Origin: Octopus sinensis | Lineage: Eukaryota | Assembly (NCBI RefSeq): GCF_006345805.1 | Contig: NW_021826436.1 | Coordinates: 1 to 12,983 of the forward strand | Length of the DNA stretch: 12,983 bases | Direction of reading: 5' to 3' | In this document: positions 1 to 8,287 of the stretch, in pieces | Layout: each line of letters opens with the position of its first letter | Numbering within the stretch: the first letter of the stretch is position 1 | Translations under genes and position numbers: made by a program | Notes under the pieces: model-generated | Told to the model about the DNA's origin: nothing | Database searches by the model: none | What the model saw: the letters and a program-made list of their open reading frames with translations, nothing else

Positions 1-94
1 ATCTATATATCATATATACATACACCCCCACATCCACACACACACACACATATATACAGTAAATTTTTTTTATATATGAGTAGTTACAAATGGG

Positions 95-200
95 TTTAAA
101 ACTGATGAAAGTTGCTTTGGTGGAATTTTATTTATTTAATGCAATCAGGATAAATAACCGACCACTATCAAGTAAGACCTGAAACAAGTAAGGTTCTAGA
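95..200 (+). ncRNA. Type I hammerhead-ribozyme-like motif with long rod-like stem II (degenerate stem I)
   Basis: CTGATGA at 102-108. Stem II pairs TTGCTT(112-117)/AAGTAA(170-175), TGGTGG(118-123)/CCACTA(162-167) and TTATTTATTT/GGATAAATAA. Then GAAA(181-184)-CAAG-TA(189-190). Stem I pairs only partly (TTTAAAA 95-101 vs TTCTAGA 194-200, AGG unpaired), and the base of stem II is imperfect. Confidence 0.6.
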
Positions 201-242
201 CATCGTCTTGGAAATTACCAACATTAACTGGACAGTACATAC

Positions 243-254
243 ATATATATAAAC

Positions 255-320
<66 letters not shown>
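243..320. repeat. Compound (TA)n-(GA)n microsatellite
   Basis: Directly visible dinucleotide runs. Confidence 0.97.
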
Positions 321-324
<4 letters not shown>

Positions 325-444
325 TCTATTAACAATTCAATAATGAAAGATGTCATTCACACCATATAGAAAACATACTATAAAAACCTTATTCTAAAAA
401 TCAATAAAGTACAAAAACAATAATAGTAAATACTAGAAAAAAAC

Positions 445-555
445 GACTACGACGTTTTCGTGGCTATATTTTCAAATGATATCATAATAAACATTCGATT
501 TAAAATTAAATCGATCTAAAATTATTCTATTTAAAATACAGCCACTCGTCAGGTC
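445..555 (-). ncRNA. Type I hammerhead-ribozyme-like motif with extended stem II
   Basis: Minus strand reads GAC-CTGACGA-GTGGCTGTATTTT...AAAATATAGCCAC-GAAA(A)-CGTCG-TA-GTC. This gives a 13-bp stem II with one G-U, an inner hairpin TCGATTTAA/TTAAATCGA (495-514), a 3-bp stem I and one extra A in the GAAA. Confidence 0.7.
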
Positions 556-560
556 TAAAA

Positions 561-624
561 TAATATAATAATATAATAATAATAATAATATAATAATACT
601 AATAATAATAATAATACTAATAAT
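561..624. repeat. (TAA)n microsatellite
   Basis: Directly visible. Confidence 0.95.
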
Positions 625-637
625 ACAAATATAAACT

Positions 638-1035
638 AGTTGAGCATGTCCTTAGTGGCTGACGATATGTGCATCTCTGATCACGAGCAGAAGTAGTGGG
701 GGAGCATCATAGCCATGTGTTGAGAGGGATTGTTTGGGGTTTGAATAGTTCACCTCTGGAAACATGGGGGTTCTTTCAACATCCTTAAACAACCCTTGTT
801 CAGGGACCTTTGAGCGGGATGGGCTACTCAACCTGAAGGGCCCCACCTGCAAGGTCATGTGCTGTTTATCTTGATATGAAATCACCATGTCGCGCACATA
901 TGGTTGTGATGCATGTGCCTGGTGTACCTTTATCAGACGGGTAGTCATGATGGGTATATTGGGCTTCGTATATTTTACCCCAGTGTCACTTTGATGGCAT
1001 GAACTGCTCTCTCACTCAATAATAATAATAATAAT
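638..1035 (+). mobile_element. Unclassified interspersed repeat (SINE-like or LINE 3' end) ending in an (AAT)n tail
   Basis: About 380 bp of higher-GC, complex sequence between two (TAA)n tracts, ending ...CTCTCTCACTC-(AAT)n. It resembles an abundant octopus repeat as I recall it. No clear Pol III A/B boxes seen. Confidence 0.55.
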
Positions 1036-1239
1036 AGAATAAATGTACTTATCTTAACTTATACTAATTATCAAATGAATATAGTAAAATACGTATATTA
1101 ACGATAAATAATCGGAAAACATTTGACATAAAAACATAACGTATATAGTTGAAATTTATAGACAAAAAAAAAGACGAGGACAGGTTTAAGAACAACATAC
1201 AGGTGTATTAGTTTGACACAATCGGAAAAGCGAAAAAGT

Positions 1240-1275
1240 CTTTTACGTTTCTGGCCCACGCTCTTCAGCAGAATG
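1240..1275 (-). ncRNA. Degenerate minimal hammerhead-ribozyme-like motif
   Basis: Minus strand reads CATT-CTGCTGA-A-GAGC-GTGG-GCCA-GAAA-CG-TA-AAAG, with an alternative core register CTGAAGA at 1262-1268. GAAACGTA is the minimal palindromic stem III plus cleavage site. Stem II keeps only 2 pairs. Confidence 0.5.
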
Positions 1276-1337
1276 GAATTAGGAAAATATAGAGACAGAA
1301 TTTTTAAAAAAGCTAAGAATCTAGCAGTCTATAATGT

Positions 1338-1399
1338 AATATATATATAATATATATCTATAAATATTATATATAAATATATATATAGATATATATATA

Positions 1400-1433
<34 letters not shown>

Positions 1434-1487
1434 ACATATATATCTATATATATATATATATCGATATATATATATAATATATTATAT

Positions 1488-1520
<33 letters not shown>

Positions 1521-1600
1521 ATTAATAAATATATATATATATGTATATAATATATCTATATATACTTTTATATCTATATATATATATAATATATATATAT
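1338..1600. repeat. Long imperfect (TA)n microsatellite
   Basis: Directly visible. Confidence 0.97.
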
Positions 1601-1752
1601 CGTGGGACTCCGTCGGTTACGATGGCGAGGTGTTCCAGTTGATCTGATCAACGGAACAGCCTGCTCGTGAAATCAACGTGCAAGTGGCTGAGCATTCCAC
1701 TGACACATGTACCCTTAACGTAGTTCTCGGGGAGATTCAGCGTGCGACAGTG
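1601..1752 (+). mobile_element. Fragment of an interspersed repeat (probable SINE/retroposon internal part)
   Basis: GC-richer island (GGGACTCCGTCGGTTACG...GGGGAGATTCAGCGTG) between microsatellites. It resembles a common octopus repeat from memory only. Confidence 0.4.
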
Positions 1753-1765
1753 TCGACATTTACGT

Positions 1766-1786
1766 ATGAGTGTGTGTGTGTGTTTC

Positions 1787-1829
<43 letters not shown>

Positions 1830-1865
1830 ATGTGCGTGCGTGCGTATGTGCGTGTGTGTGTGTGT
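1766..1865. repeat. (GT)n microsatellite
   Basis: Directly visible; source of the VCVC/HTHT ORFs. Confidence 0.96.
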
Positions 1866-1878
1866 TTGCATATACGTT

Positions 1879-1934
1879 GCAGATTGACGGTTCACACCGT
1901 TTCGAGATGTATCGAGTACATGGTACCAATCTGC
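1879..1934 (-). ncRNA. Three-way-junction RNA with a hammerhead 3' half but a non-canonical 5' core
   Basis: Minus strand reads GCAGATT-GGTACC-ATGTA-CTCGA-TACAT-CTC-GAAA-CGGT-GTGA-ACCG-TC-AATCTGC. It has a perfect 7-bp closing stem, a 5-bp stem II, a 5-bp stem III capped by a GNRA loop and a GUC site. CUGANGA is absent. Confidence 0.5.
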
Positions 1935-2121
1935 TATAATAGAGAAATATTAGTTGGTGTCATTCTTGGTCACCCCGGGGCACATTCTATCCCCTTGTGC
2001 TGGGATATTCATAGTTCTTTAATGCTCGGCGTCGTGTAGGGAACTTTCCCCGTACGCTATCCCGCAGTAAATTAGGGTATTAACAAAACACATACATTAC
2101 GTATGTGCGACTAATGATGTT

Positions 2122-2122
<1 letters not shown>

Positions 2123-2173
<51 letters not shown>

Positions 2174-2204
2174 TTAAAAGACAGACAGACAGATTGACAG
2201 ACAG
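2123..2204. repeat. (GATA)n/(GACA)n tetranucleotide microsatellite
   Basis: Directly visible. Confidence 0.96.
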
Positions 2205-2304
2205 AGATATGTGTTTATATATAAAGATGTATGTTTGTATATGTATGCATATTCATGTGTTGTTTGTATGCATGTATATATGTATGTATGCATGTGAGTC
2301 TATA

Positions 2305-2478
2305 TGTGTGTGTCTTTGTATTTGCACTCGACAACCCCTCGCCCTTTCACAACCAACATTGGTTTGATTACGTCCCCGTGACTTAGCGGCCGGCAGAAGC
2401 GCCCCACCCGCAAAACCCTTCAAGGTGTTGACCCAGCATGGCCACACTCCAATGACACCAACAAGTAAAAGATTAAAA
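2305..2478 (+). mobile_element. Diverged 3' half of SINE family A (CORE-type, OR2-like)
   Basis: ACAACC...TTGGTTTGATTACGTCCCCGTGACTTAGCGG and CCAGCATGGCCACACTCCAATGAC...ACAAGTAAAAGA match the tails of the copies at 7450-7632 and 8288-8470. Confidence 0.75.
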
Positions 2479-2480
2479 AA

Positions 2481-2629
2481 CAAATATAGTATTGATCACT
2501 CAGATATATATTTTCAGTCAAATATATTCTCAAAATATATTTGAGAATATATTTGACTATATTCTTAAATATAGACTTCTCAAAAGTCTATTTGAGAAGA
2601 GGTCAAATATAGTTTTGACCTCTTCTCAG
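2481..2629. repeat. Cluster of overlapping perfect inverted repeats
   Basis: 19-bp arms 2516-2534/2540-2558; 15-bp arms 2593-2607/2614-2628; 8-bp arms 2571-2578/2584-2591; 9-bp arms 2576-2584/2591-2599. CAAATATAGT is directly repeated at 2481 and 2604. Confidence 0.93.
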
Positions 2630-3082
2630 CCCAACAATTAAACACGTGCTTTTGATTTTAAATGTGTACCATCGCTATCAGTATGTTTTTGTGAGCATAC
2701 ACACATGTCTATATCTCTTTAGACATATGTATATGCATGATCATGTGTTGGATTATTTCTGCGTCTGTCTGTGCATTCGACTTTATAACGAAGTGAAGCG
2801 AAGGTGTACAAGTTGTTTTCTTTCAGTTTTTTTTTCTGTATTACTCTTTTTTTTTCGCTTTGTTGATACAAGGAATGTTAATATTATTTTGCTATTCTAC
2901 ATGTTACTAAGTATTATTTCACTGCATTCTTGTCGTAATTGTTCGTATGTTAACATTTTTTTCAGTTTCCAATAGTTATCTGTAACTGTTTATATTTTCT
3001 GTTTGTGTATGTATTTGTCACTTTGTGTGTGTGTGTCTCTCTGTACTTTCGTCTGTGTGTAAGTACATTTGTGTATTTACCT

Positions 3083-3249
3083 TCTATCTTTTACGTTTTT
3101 CGGTCATTAAACTGCGGCCATGTTGGGGCACCGCCACGTAGAATTTTTAGTCGAAGGAATTGACCGAAGTACTTATTTCTTTTAAAGTCACGGGAACGCA
3201 AATACACCAACCGCTTGACAACCGGTGATAGGGGAAACAGACACAAATG

Positions 3250-3287
<38 letters not shown>

Positions 3288-3720
3288 AACAAACAAACAA
3301 ACACACATAATGAATAGGTTTCTTTCAATTTCTTATTTCTTTACTAACTACAAGGGGCTACACACAGAGGGGACAAACAAGGACAGACAAACGATTAAAT
3401 CGATTCCATCGACCCCAGTGCGTAACTGATGCTTATTTAATCGACCCCGAAAGGATGAAAGGCAAAGTTGACATCGGTGGAATTTGAACCCAGAACGTAA
3501 CGGCAGACGAAATATCGCTAAGCATTTCGCCCGGCCTGCTAGCGATTCTGCCAGCTCGCCGCCTTTTCTTTCAGTTTCTCCCGACCAAATCCCTTCACAA
3601 CGCTGGTCGGCCCGAGGCTATAGTAGGAAACACTTGCCCAAAGTGCCATGCAGTGAGACTGAACCAGGAACCATGTAGTTGAGAAGCAAATTTCTTGCCA
3701 CATAGTGAGACGTCTGCGTC
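3083..3720 (-). mobile_element. SINE family A (tRNA head + CORE-like domain + internal (GT)n + tail), split by a nested SINE
   Basis: The head at 3565-3720 contains a B-box-like GGTTCAGTCTC and a CORE-like GCACTTTGGGCAAGTG on the minus strand. The tail at 3083-3333 matches the other family A copies. Confidence 0.85.
3334..3564 (-). mobile_element. Full-length SINE family B (tRNA-derived) with 15-bp TSD
   Basis: Minus strand begins GGCGGCGAGCTGGCAGAATCG (A box), has the B box GGTTCAAATTCC and a central GCCTTTCATCCTTTCGGGGTCGAT, and ends AAAGAAATA. It is flanked by TTTCTTTCAATTTCT (3319-3333) and TTTCTTTCAGTTTCT (3565-3579). Confidence 0.92.
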
Positions 3721-3929
3721 TATTTATGTATTTTTGCTAAACATGTTTTACTATGGAGAGAAAAGCGTCAATGTGATTTTATGTAGTATCTTTAAAAGTT
3801 CATTATCTACAATCGCTAACACCGCGAAAAGTAAGGACGAGACAGAAAAAAGCTTTACTCTGGATATATAAATAAAAAGAAAAAGAAACTGAGTAGGTTT
3901 CCTAGCAGTTTAAAGCTTACTGCTACAAA

Positions 3930-4647
3930 CGAAGTGCGTTCAAAAAAAATCAGCCTCAACTAATTCCAAATGGTTTGGGGGTGACGCTATGCTTCCTGCG
4001 CATGCGTAAAAATCTTCGCGCCGGTAGACTGCGTCTGCTCCCGGCTATTACGCCTAGAGTACAGACGTGCGCACTCGACGGATTTTCGTTTTCACCGCAC
4101 GCATCGAGCAGAGACGTTGCATTAAGTTTTTTCCAAGAACTTGATGATAATCAAGATCAGATCAGTCTAGATATTCAGCAGGCCTTTGGTGATGATGCCA
4201 TGGATAAAACTCATATCATGGAGTGGTACAACCGTTTCAAACATGGCCACACCTCAGTGGAGAGCGAGGCGCTCTCAGAAGCCATCCGCAAGCCGAAACT
4301 AGGCAGGAGCCGATTGGAGAAGGATCGGCGAATATTCACGAAAGGCCTCCGTGTAGCAATCCAAGAAATTGCTCACAAAATGGGAATAAGCACAAGATCA
4401 ATGCATTGCATTTTAACGAAGGATTTGTGCATGCGGAGAGTATCGGCGAAATTGATCCGCAAGGTCCTGGCGGAGCAGCAGAAGTAATTCCGCATAGAAA
4501 TTGCTATGGACATGCTGGACTGTGCAAACCACGTCCCAGACTTGACGAAAACCATTACCTCTGGCGTGAAAACGAAAATCCGACGAGCGTGAACTACTCG
4601 TCTGTACTCTGGACCTAACAACCGGAAACTCCCGCAACCTATCGGCG
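3930..4647 (+). mobile_element. Internally deleted mariner (Tc1/mariner) DNA transposon with long inverted repeats
   Basis: Mariner-type left end CGAAGTGCGTTCAAAAA at 3930. Segment 4019-4095 is an imperfect inverted repeat of 4566-4647, with the transposase remnant in between. The outer part of the right repeat is missing where a SINE begins. Confidence 0.85.
4103..4565 (+). pseudogene. Mariner transposase N-terminal remnant (HTH DNA-binding domain)
   Basis: IEQRRCIKF (shifted frame), then IQQAFGDDAMDKTHIMEWYNRFKHGHTSVESE, EIAHKMGISTRSMHCILTKDLCMRRVSAKLIRKVL and EQQK*FRIEIAMDMLD...KTITSG. These match Mos1/Hsmar-type motifs up to the ITGDE motif. It has a frameshift and an in-frame stop and lacks the catalytic domain. 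Confidence 0.92.
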
Positions 4648-4654
4648 TTGGATA

Positions 4655-4816
4655 GAGTCGATTACATCAGTTTCCAGTGCTCAACTGGTACTTATTTTAT
4701 CGACCCCCCGAAAGGGTGAAAGGGGAAGTCCATCTCGGTGGAATCTGAACTCAGAATGGAAGAAATACGAACGAAATGCCGCTAAGCATTTTGTCCGACG
4801 TGCTAACGATTCTGCA
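4655..4816 (-). mobile_element. SINE family B, diverged and truncated copy
   Basis: AACTGGTACTTATTTTATCGACCCC..GAAAGG and GAACTCAGAA...CCGCTAAGCATTT...TGCTAACGATTCTGC align with 3400-3551. Confidence 0.88.
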
Positions 4817-4825
4817 GAAATTTAA

Positions 4826-4872
4826 AACAACAACAGCAGCAACAACAACAAGAATAATAATAATAATAATAA
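4826..4872. repeat. (CAA)n/(TAA)n microsatellite
   Basis: Directly visible. Confidence 0.9.
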
Positions 4873-5026
4873 CATTAAAGTAATTGTTCCAATTACATAC
4901 GTAATCTGTGTCGCAGACCGTCCCTTAAATGTTCCAGCTAAGGTAGGGGAATAATAAAAACACCGCTCCATGGAAATGGAAATGGAAATAGAGAGTTGCA
5001 AATACAGGGTATCATGGAAGGTGCCT

Positions 5027-5266
5027 TCTACCTTTTACTTGTTACAGTAATCAAATGGCGGCCAAATTGGGTCATCGGCTTGAAGCGTTTTCGTCCAACA
5101 GATTCATCCAGTACTTATTTCGTATACCTGGTACTAAATCTGTTGGTCATTTTTGTTGAACAGGTAAGTCACACTGACGAAAACAAATCAACACCGGTTG
5201 TCAACTGGTGGAAGACAAACACAGGCATAAAGAGACACATATAGACACACACACACACACACACAC
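5027..5266 (-). mobile_element. Old 3' half of SINE family A with its (CA)n tract
   Basis: TTTTACTTGTTACAGT..GCGGCCA and AACACCGGTTGTCAA followed by (CA)n, collinear with 8288-8490. Confidence 0.75.
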
Positions 5267-5391
5267 AGAGGCACACACCACTGCCCCATACTGAAATCAG
5301 ATGAACCAGTTAGTTCTACTTTTTAAACTCAAATATAATTCTAATCGAAGAATAGCTTCCTAGCGTGGGCAATGATATCCATATTATTGTA

Positions 5392-5720
5392 ATTACATCC
5401 GCCTTCGCTTAGGCGGAGGTATTGTTTTCAGTCGTGTTTGTTTGTCTGTGAACAAAATGTCTCAAGAACCGCTGGAGGGATTCGAAATGAAACTTTCAGG
5501 GATGTTTGGCCTCGTGACTGGCATGAACTGTGGGATCGATCCGGTACCGGACAAGGATTCTGGATTATTTTTCCGTTTTTTTTTACTTAATTTCTGAGAG
5601 CGATCGGGTTCATTTCTAGTATTCTCATTTGCGAGAGCAGTCGAGTTTATTTCAGATATTCTCATTTTAAAAACCATCTCTGGCTAATCGTTAAGAGGAC
5701 GTTGGTGTTGCCTTGGCAGA
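5392..5720 (+). mobile_element. Non-autonomous Helentron-associated element (HINE / DINE-1-like)
   Basis: 5' hairpin ACATCCGCCT/AGGCGGAGGT, then a GTTT/GTCT microsatellite seed and the core AACCGCTGGAGGGATTCGAAATGAAACTTTCAGG. It ends in CCTTGGCAGA, which looks like a truncated 3' sub-terminal repeat. This order matches HINE architecture. Confidence 0.72.
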
Positions 5721-6499
5721 AAATGAGACATTTGCACGTGACTCAATATCCTGGAACATCATGTTCATAGCCAACCATATAACAACGGTACAAGAAAGTG
5801 TAGTCTATGTTTAACTGATACAATTCATATCGTAAAACTTCCCACGAAAATATGAGCAGGAGGCCATCACTTGAGACCATTCCTTTCGGACAACTTCTCT
5901 TTGACCGAAGTACCAATGGAACTTGCACATAGATATCGGTCCACAAATCATAAACGTTACAGGTTATCTACCTTTGACACTCGATTGCCAAATCTTTCTT
6001 TTCTCTATACCATAGTAGCTGAAACCAACAATAGCAACATTACCTAAAAGACAACAATGCAGCCCACAATCTCAGTGTTCTAAACCAATTAGAATTGGCT
6101 AAACCTACGACCCAGTGATGTATCATTTTCAGTCTATTAAAAGAAGTCATGTAAATTTACACACGAATTATTTCTATTCTTTAGCCGTTTCTAATTTGTG
6201 TCGCTAACGAATCTAATATGCAAGTGAGTAAAATCGATGCCCCTTACCCAAAGCATTTGTATAAGAAGCTTTAGGCTGCTTTCTTTCTTTATAAAACGAA
6301 CGAAATAGACACTCGTGATAAGCCGACGATAAACAGACGAAAGTAGTCGAGGTTTTACTTCAGTCCATTCTACAGAGAGACAGGCTTTTTGCTTAACAGC
6401 AAGGTCTGTCCAAACAGCGTGGCCAAACGCATGCTTATTAAACGTACGTACGTTAACGTATTTACAATTTATCCTAGCACACGCTGTCTCAATACGTTA

Positions 6500-6802
6500 G
6501 CTCTCTCTCTCTCTCTCTCACACATATGTATATATTTATAAGTATTTGAAAGCATATATATACATATATATATATATTTGTACATATATATATTCATACA
6601 TACATATGTACATACATATGTACATCCATATGTACACACATATGTATACATACATAAATACATACCTTACATATATATATAAATACATACCTTACATACA
6701 TACATATACATACATACATACATACATACATACATACATACATACATACATACATGCATACATGCATACATACATACGTACGTATGGATGTATGTATATG
6801 TA
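6500..6802. repeat. (CT)n followed by (TA)/(TACA)n low-complexity tract
   Basis: Directly visible. Confidence 0.93.
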
Positions 6803-7151
6803 TAAACCTAATAATATTTAGGTTAAACTACAGAGGGCGAAGATTATATATCTCCACTTACATAAATATACGTGCTGTGTGAGTGTTTCATTACACACAC
6901 ACACACACACACACGGATGCACGTACACACACACGTTTCTATTAGTATGCATGATTAACAAGAGCGTTCTAGGACCGACGCTCAATCACAGCAGGGACGC
7001 TCTCTGAACCTCGTTCCATTAACTCCGTTAAACACCAGAATTCGGTTTATATCTCCCGCATTCTTAATTTATGTATATATATATTTGTTGTTGTTGTTCT
7101 TGTTGCTGCTGCTGCTGTTGTTTAACCCTACCGAGCACACCTGTGAGCAAA

Positions 7152-7306
7152 AGGCTGTGTCATTTATGGGCTCGCTTTGCAACCACGTGATATGCAGTTC
7201 GGTTCCACTGTGCGGCACTTTGGATAAATGATTTCTACCTTGGTCCCGGGCCGACCAATGCCTTGTGAGTGAATTTGGTAGATGGAAATTATGTGAAAGC
7301 CTGTCG

Positions 7307-7385
<79 letters not shown>

Positions 7386-7632
7386 TGAGTGTGTATACAT
7401 GTATGTGTGTGTATACATGTGTATGTGTGTGTGAGTATTTCTTTCCACTGCTGGACAACCGGTGCTGGTTTGTTTACATCCCTGTGACTTAGAAGAAGTT
7501 CGGTGAAAGAAACTAGTAGGATAAGAACTAAACTTTAAACTAAGTCCTGGGGTTGATTTGTTCGACAAAGATCTGTCAAGGTGGTGCTCCAGCATGGCCT
7601 CTGTCCAATGACTAAAACAAGTAGATAAAGAA
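7152..7632 (+). mobile_element. SINE family A, near full-length diverged copy with long internal (GT)n (7308-7382)
   Basis: Head CAACCACGTG..GTTCGGTTCCACTG..GGCACTTTGG; GGGCCGACCAATGCCTTGTGAGTGAATTTGGTAGATGGAAA; tail GGTGCTCCAGCATGGCC...AATGACTAAAACAAGTA. Confidence 0.88.
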
Positions 7633-7802
7633 GACATTACGTTTATGTAGGATTTTCATTATCTACGGTGCCATTCCATTTATGAAATGGTTTTTAGGAT
7701 CGGATTTATGGACGGTTTTACTGCTATTTTTACCGAGTCAAACCATCATGCACATGTTCCTTCTTAGCTTACTCACAAAAAATTGTTGATGCTGATGTTA
7801 TC

Positions 7803-7997
7803 GTCGTTATAGCCCTAGGTCAGCCGTTATTGAATAAAACTGTGAGGCAAGATTTTTCCAGCAATGTCTATTCCCGGATCATAAAGGCGAATGTGACATT
7901 GCATTGTTGCATACATATACTACTGTAAGATGTGATTAGAAGGTTACCTAGCTGCCTTTTCTGGTAGATTGAGCTAATGCTTCGAGGCACCATCGTT
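7803..7997 (+). mobile_element. Ancient unclassified repeat (family C), copy 1
   Basis: TAGCCCTAGGTC...TTTTCCAGC and GTGATTAGAAGG..TAGCTGC...GAGGCACCATCGTT are collinear with 12421-12590 and 12707-12777. Confidence 0.55.
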
Positions 7998-8287
7998 AAC
8001 TCACTAACATATTCTTTCTGTTACTAAAAATCTTACAAATTTTTTTGCTAATGGTGAAACAGGTTTCACCCACGCCGAATCTTTACTGTTCCCTGATGCA
8101 ACGCTTCTTAAATGGTGCCTCGCAAGATGTGCCGCATGTACCACAGATATTTAAGATTATAATTTAAGGTTTTAGAAAAATACAAACTAATGCTTAGGCA
8201 TCTTGAAAACCGTGTTATTTGAAAGTTTCTTACGCACTGGTATACTTAATAAGCCGAGGTAAGCAACAGCTAGCAAGTCTTTTTAAT

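Noticed and set aside
634-639. ACTAGT as a Helitron 3' end
   Set aside because: No GC-rich subterminal hairpin and no matching 5' TC end.
659-768. CTGACGA ... GAAACATG as a hammerhead
   Set aside because: There is no UH after the CATG and no stem I or stem II closing the core.
652-948. 98-aa minus-strand ORF
   Set aside because: It lies within a probable interspersed repeat and shows no recognisable protein motif.
3470-3564. tRNA gene
   Set aside because: The A/B boxes belong to SINE heads that continue into SINE bodies, and there is no complete cloverleaf.
4223-4637. Alternative-frame and antisense ORFs over the mariner
   Set aside because: They are shadows of the transposase pseudogene.
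5743-5946. 67-aa minus-strand ORF in unique sequence
   Set aside because: Non-ATG start, no recognisable motif and no convincing splice context.
6312-6351. CTC-GTGATAA...GAAA-GTAG-TC-GAG hammerhead-like string
   Set aside because: Stem II and stem III do not pair, and positions 3 and 8 are not complementary.
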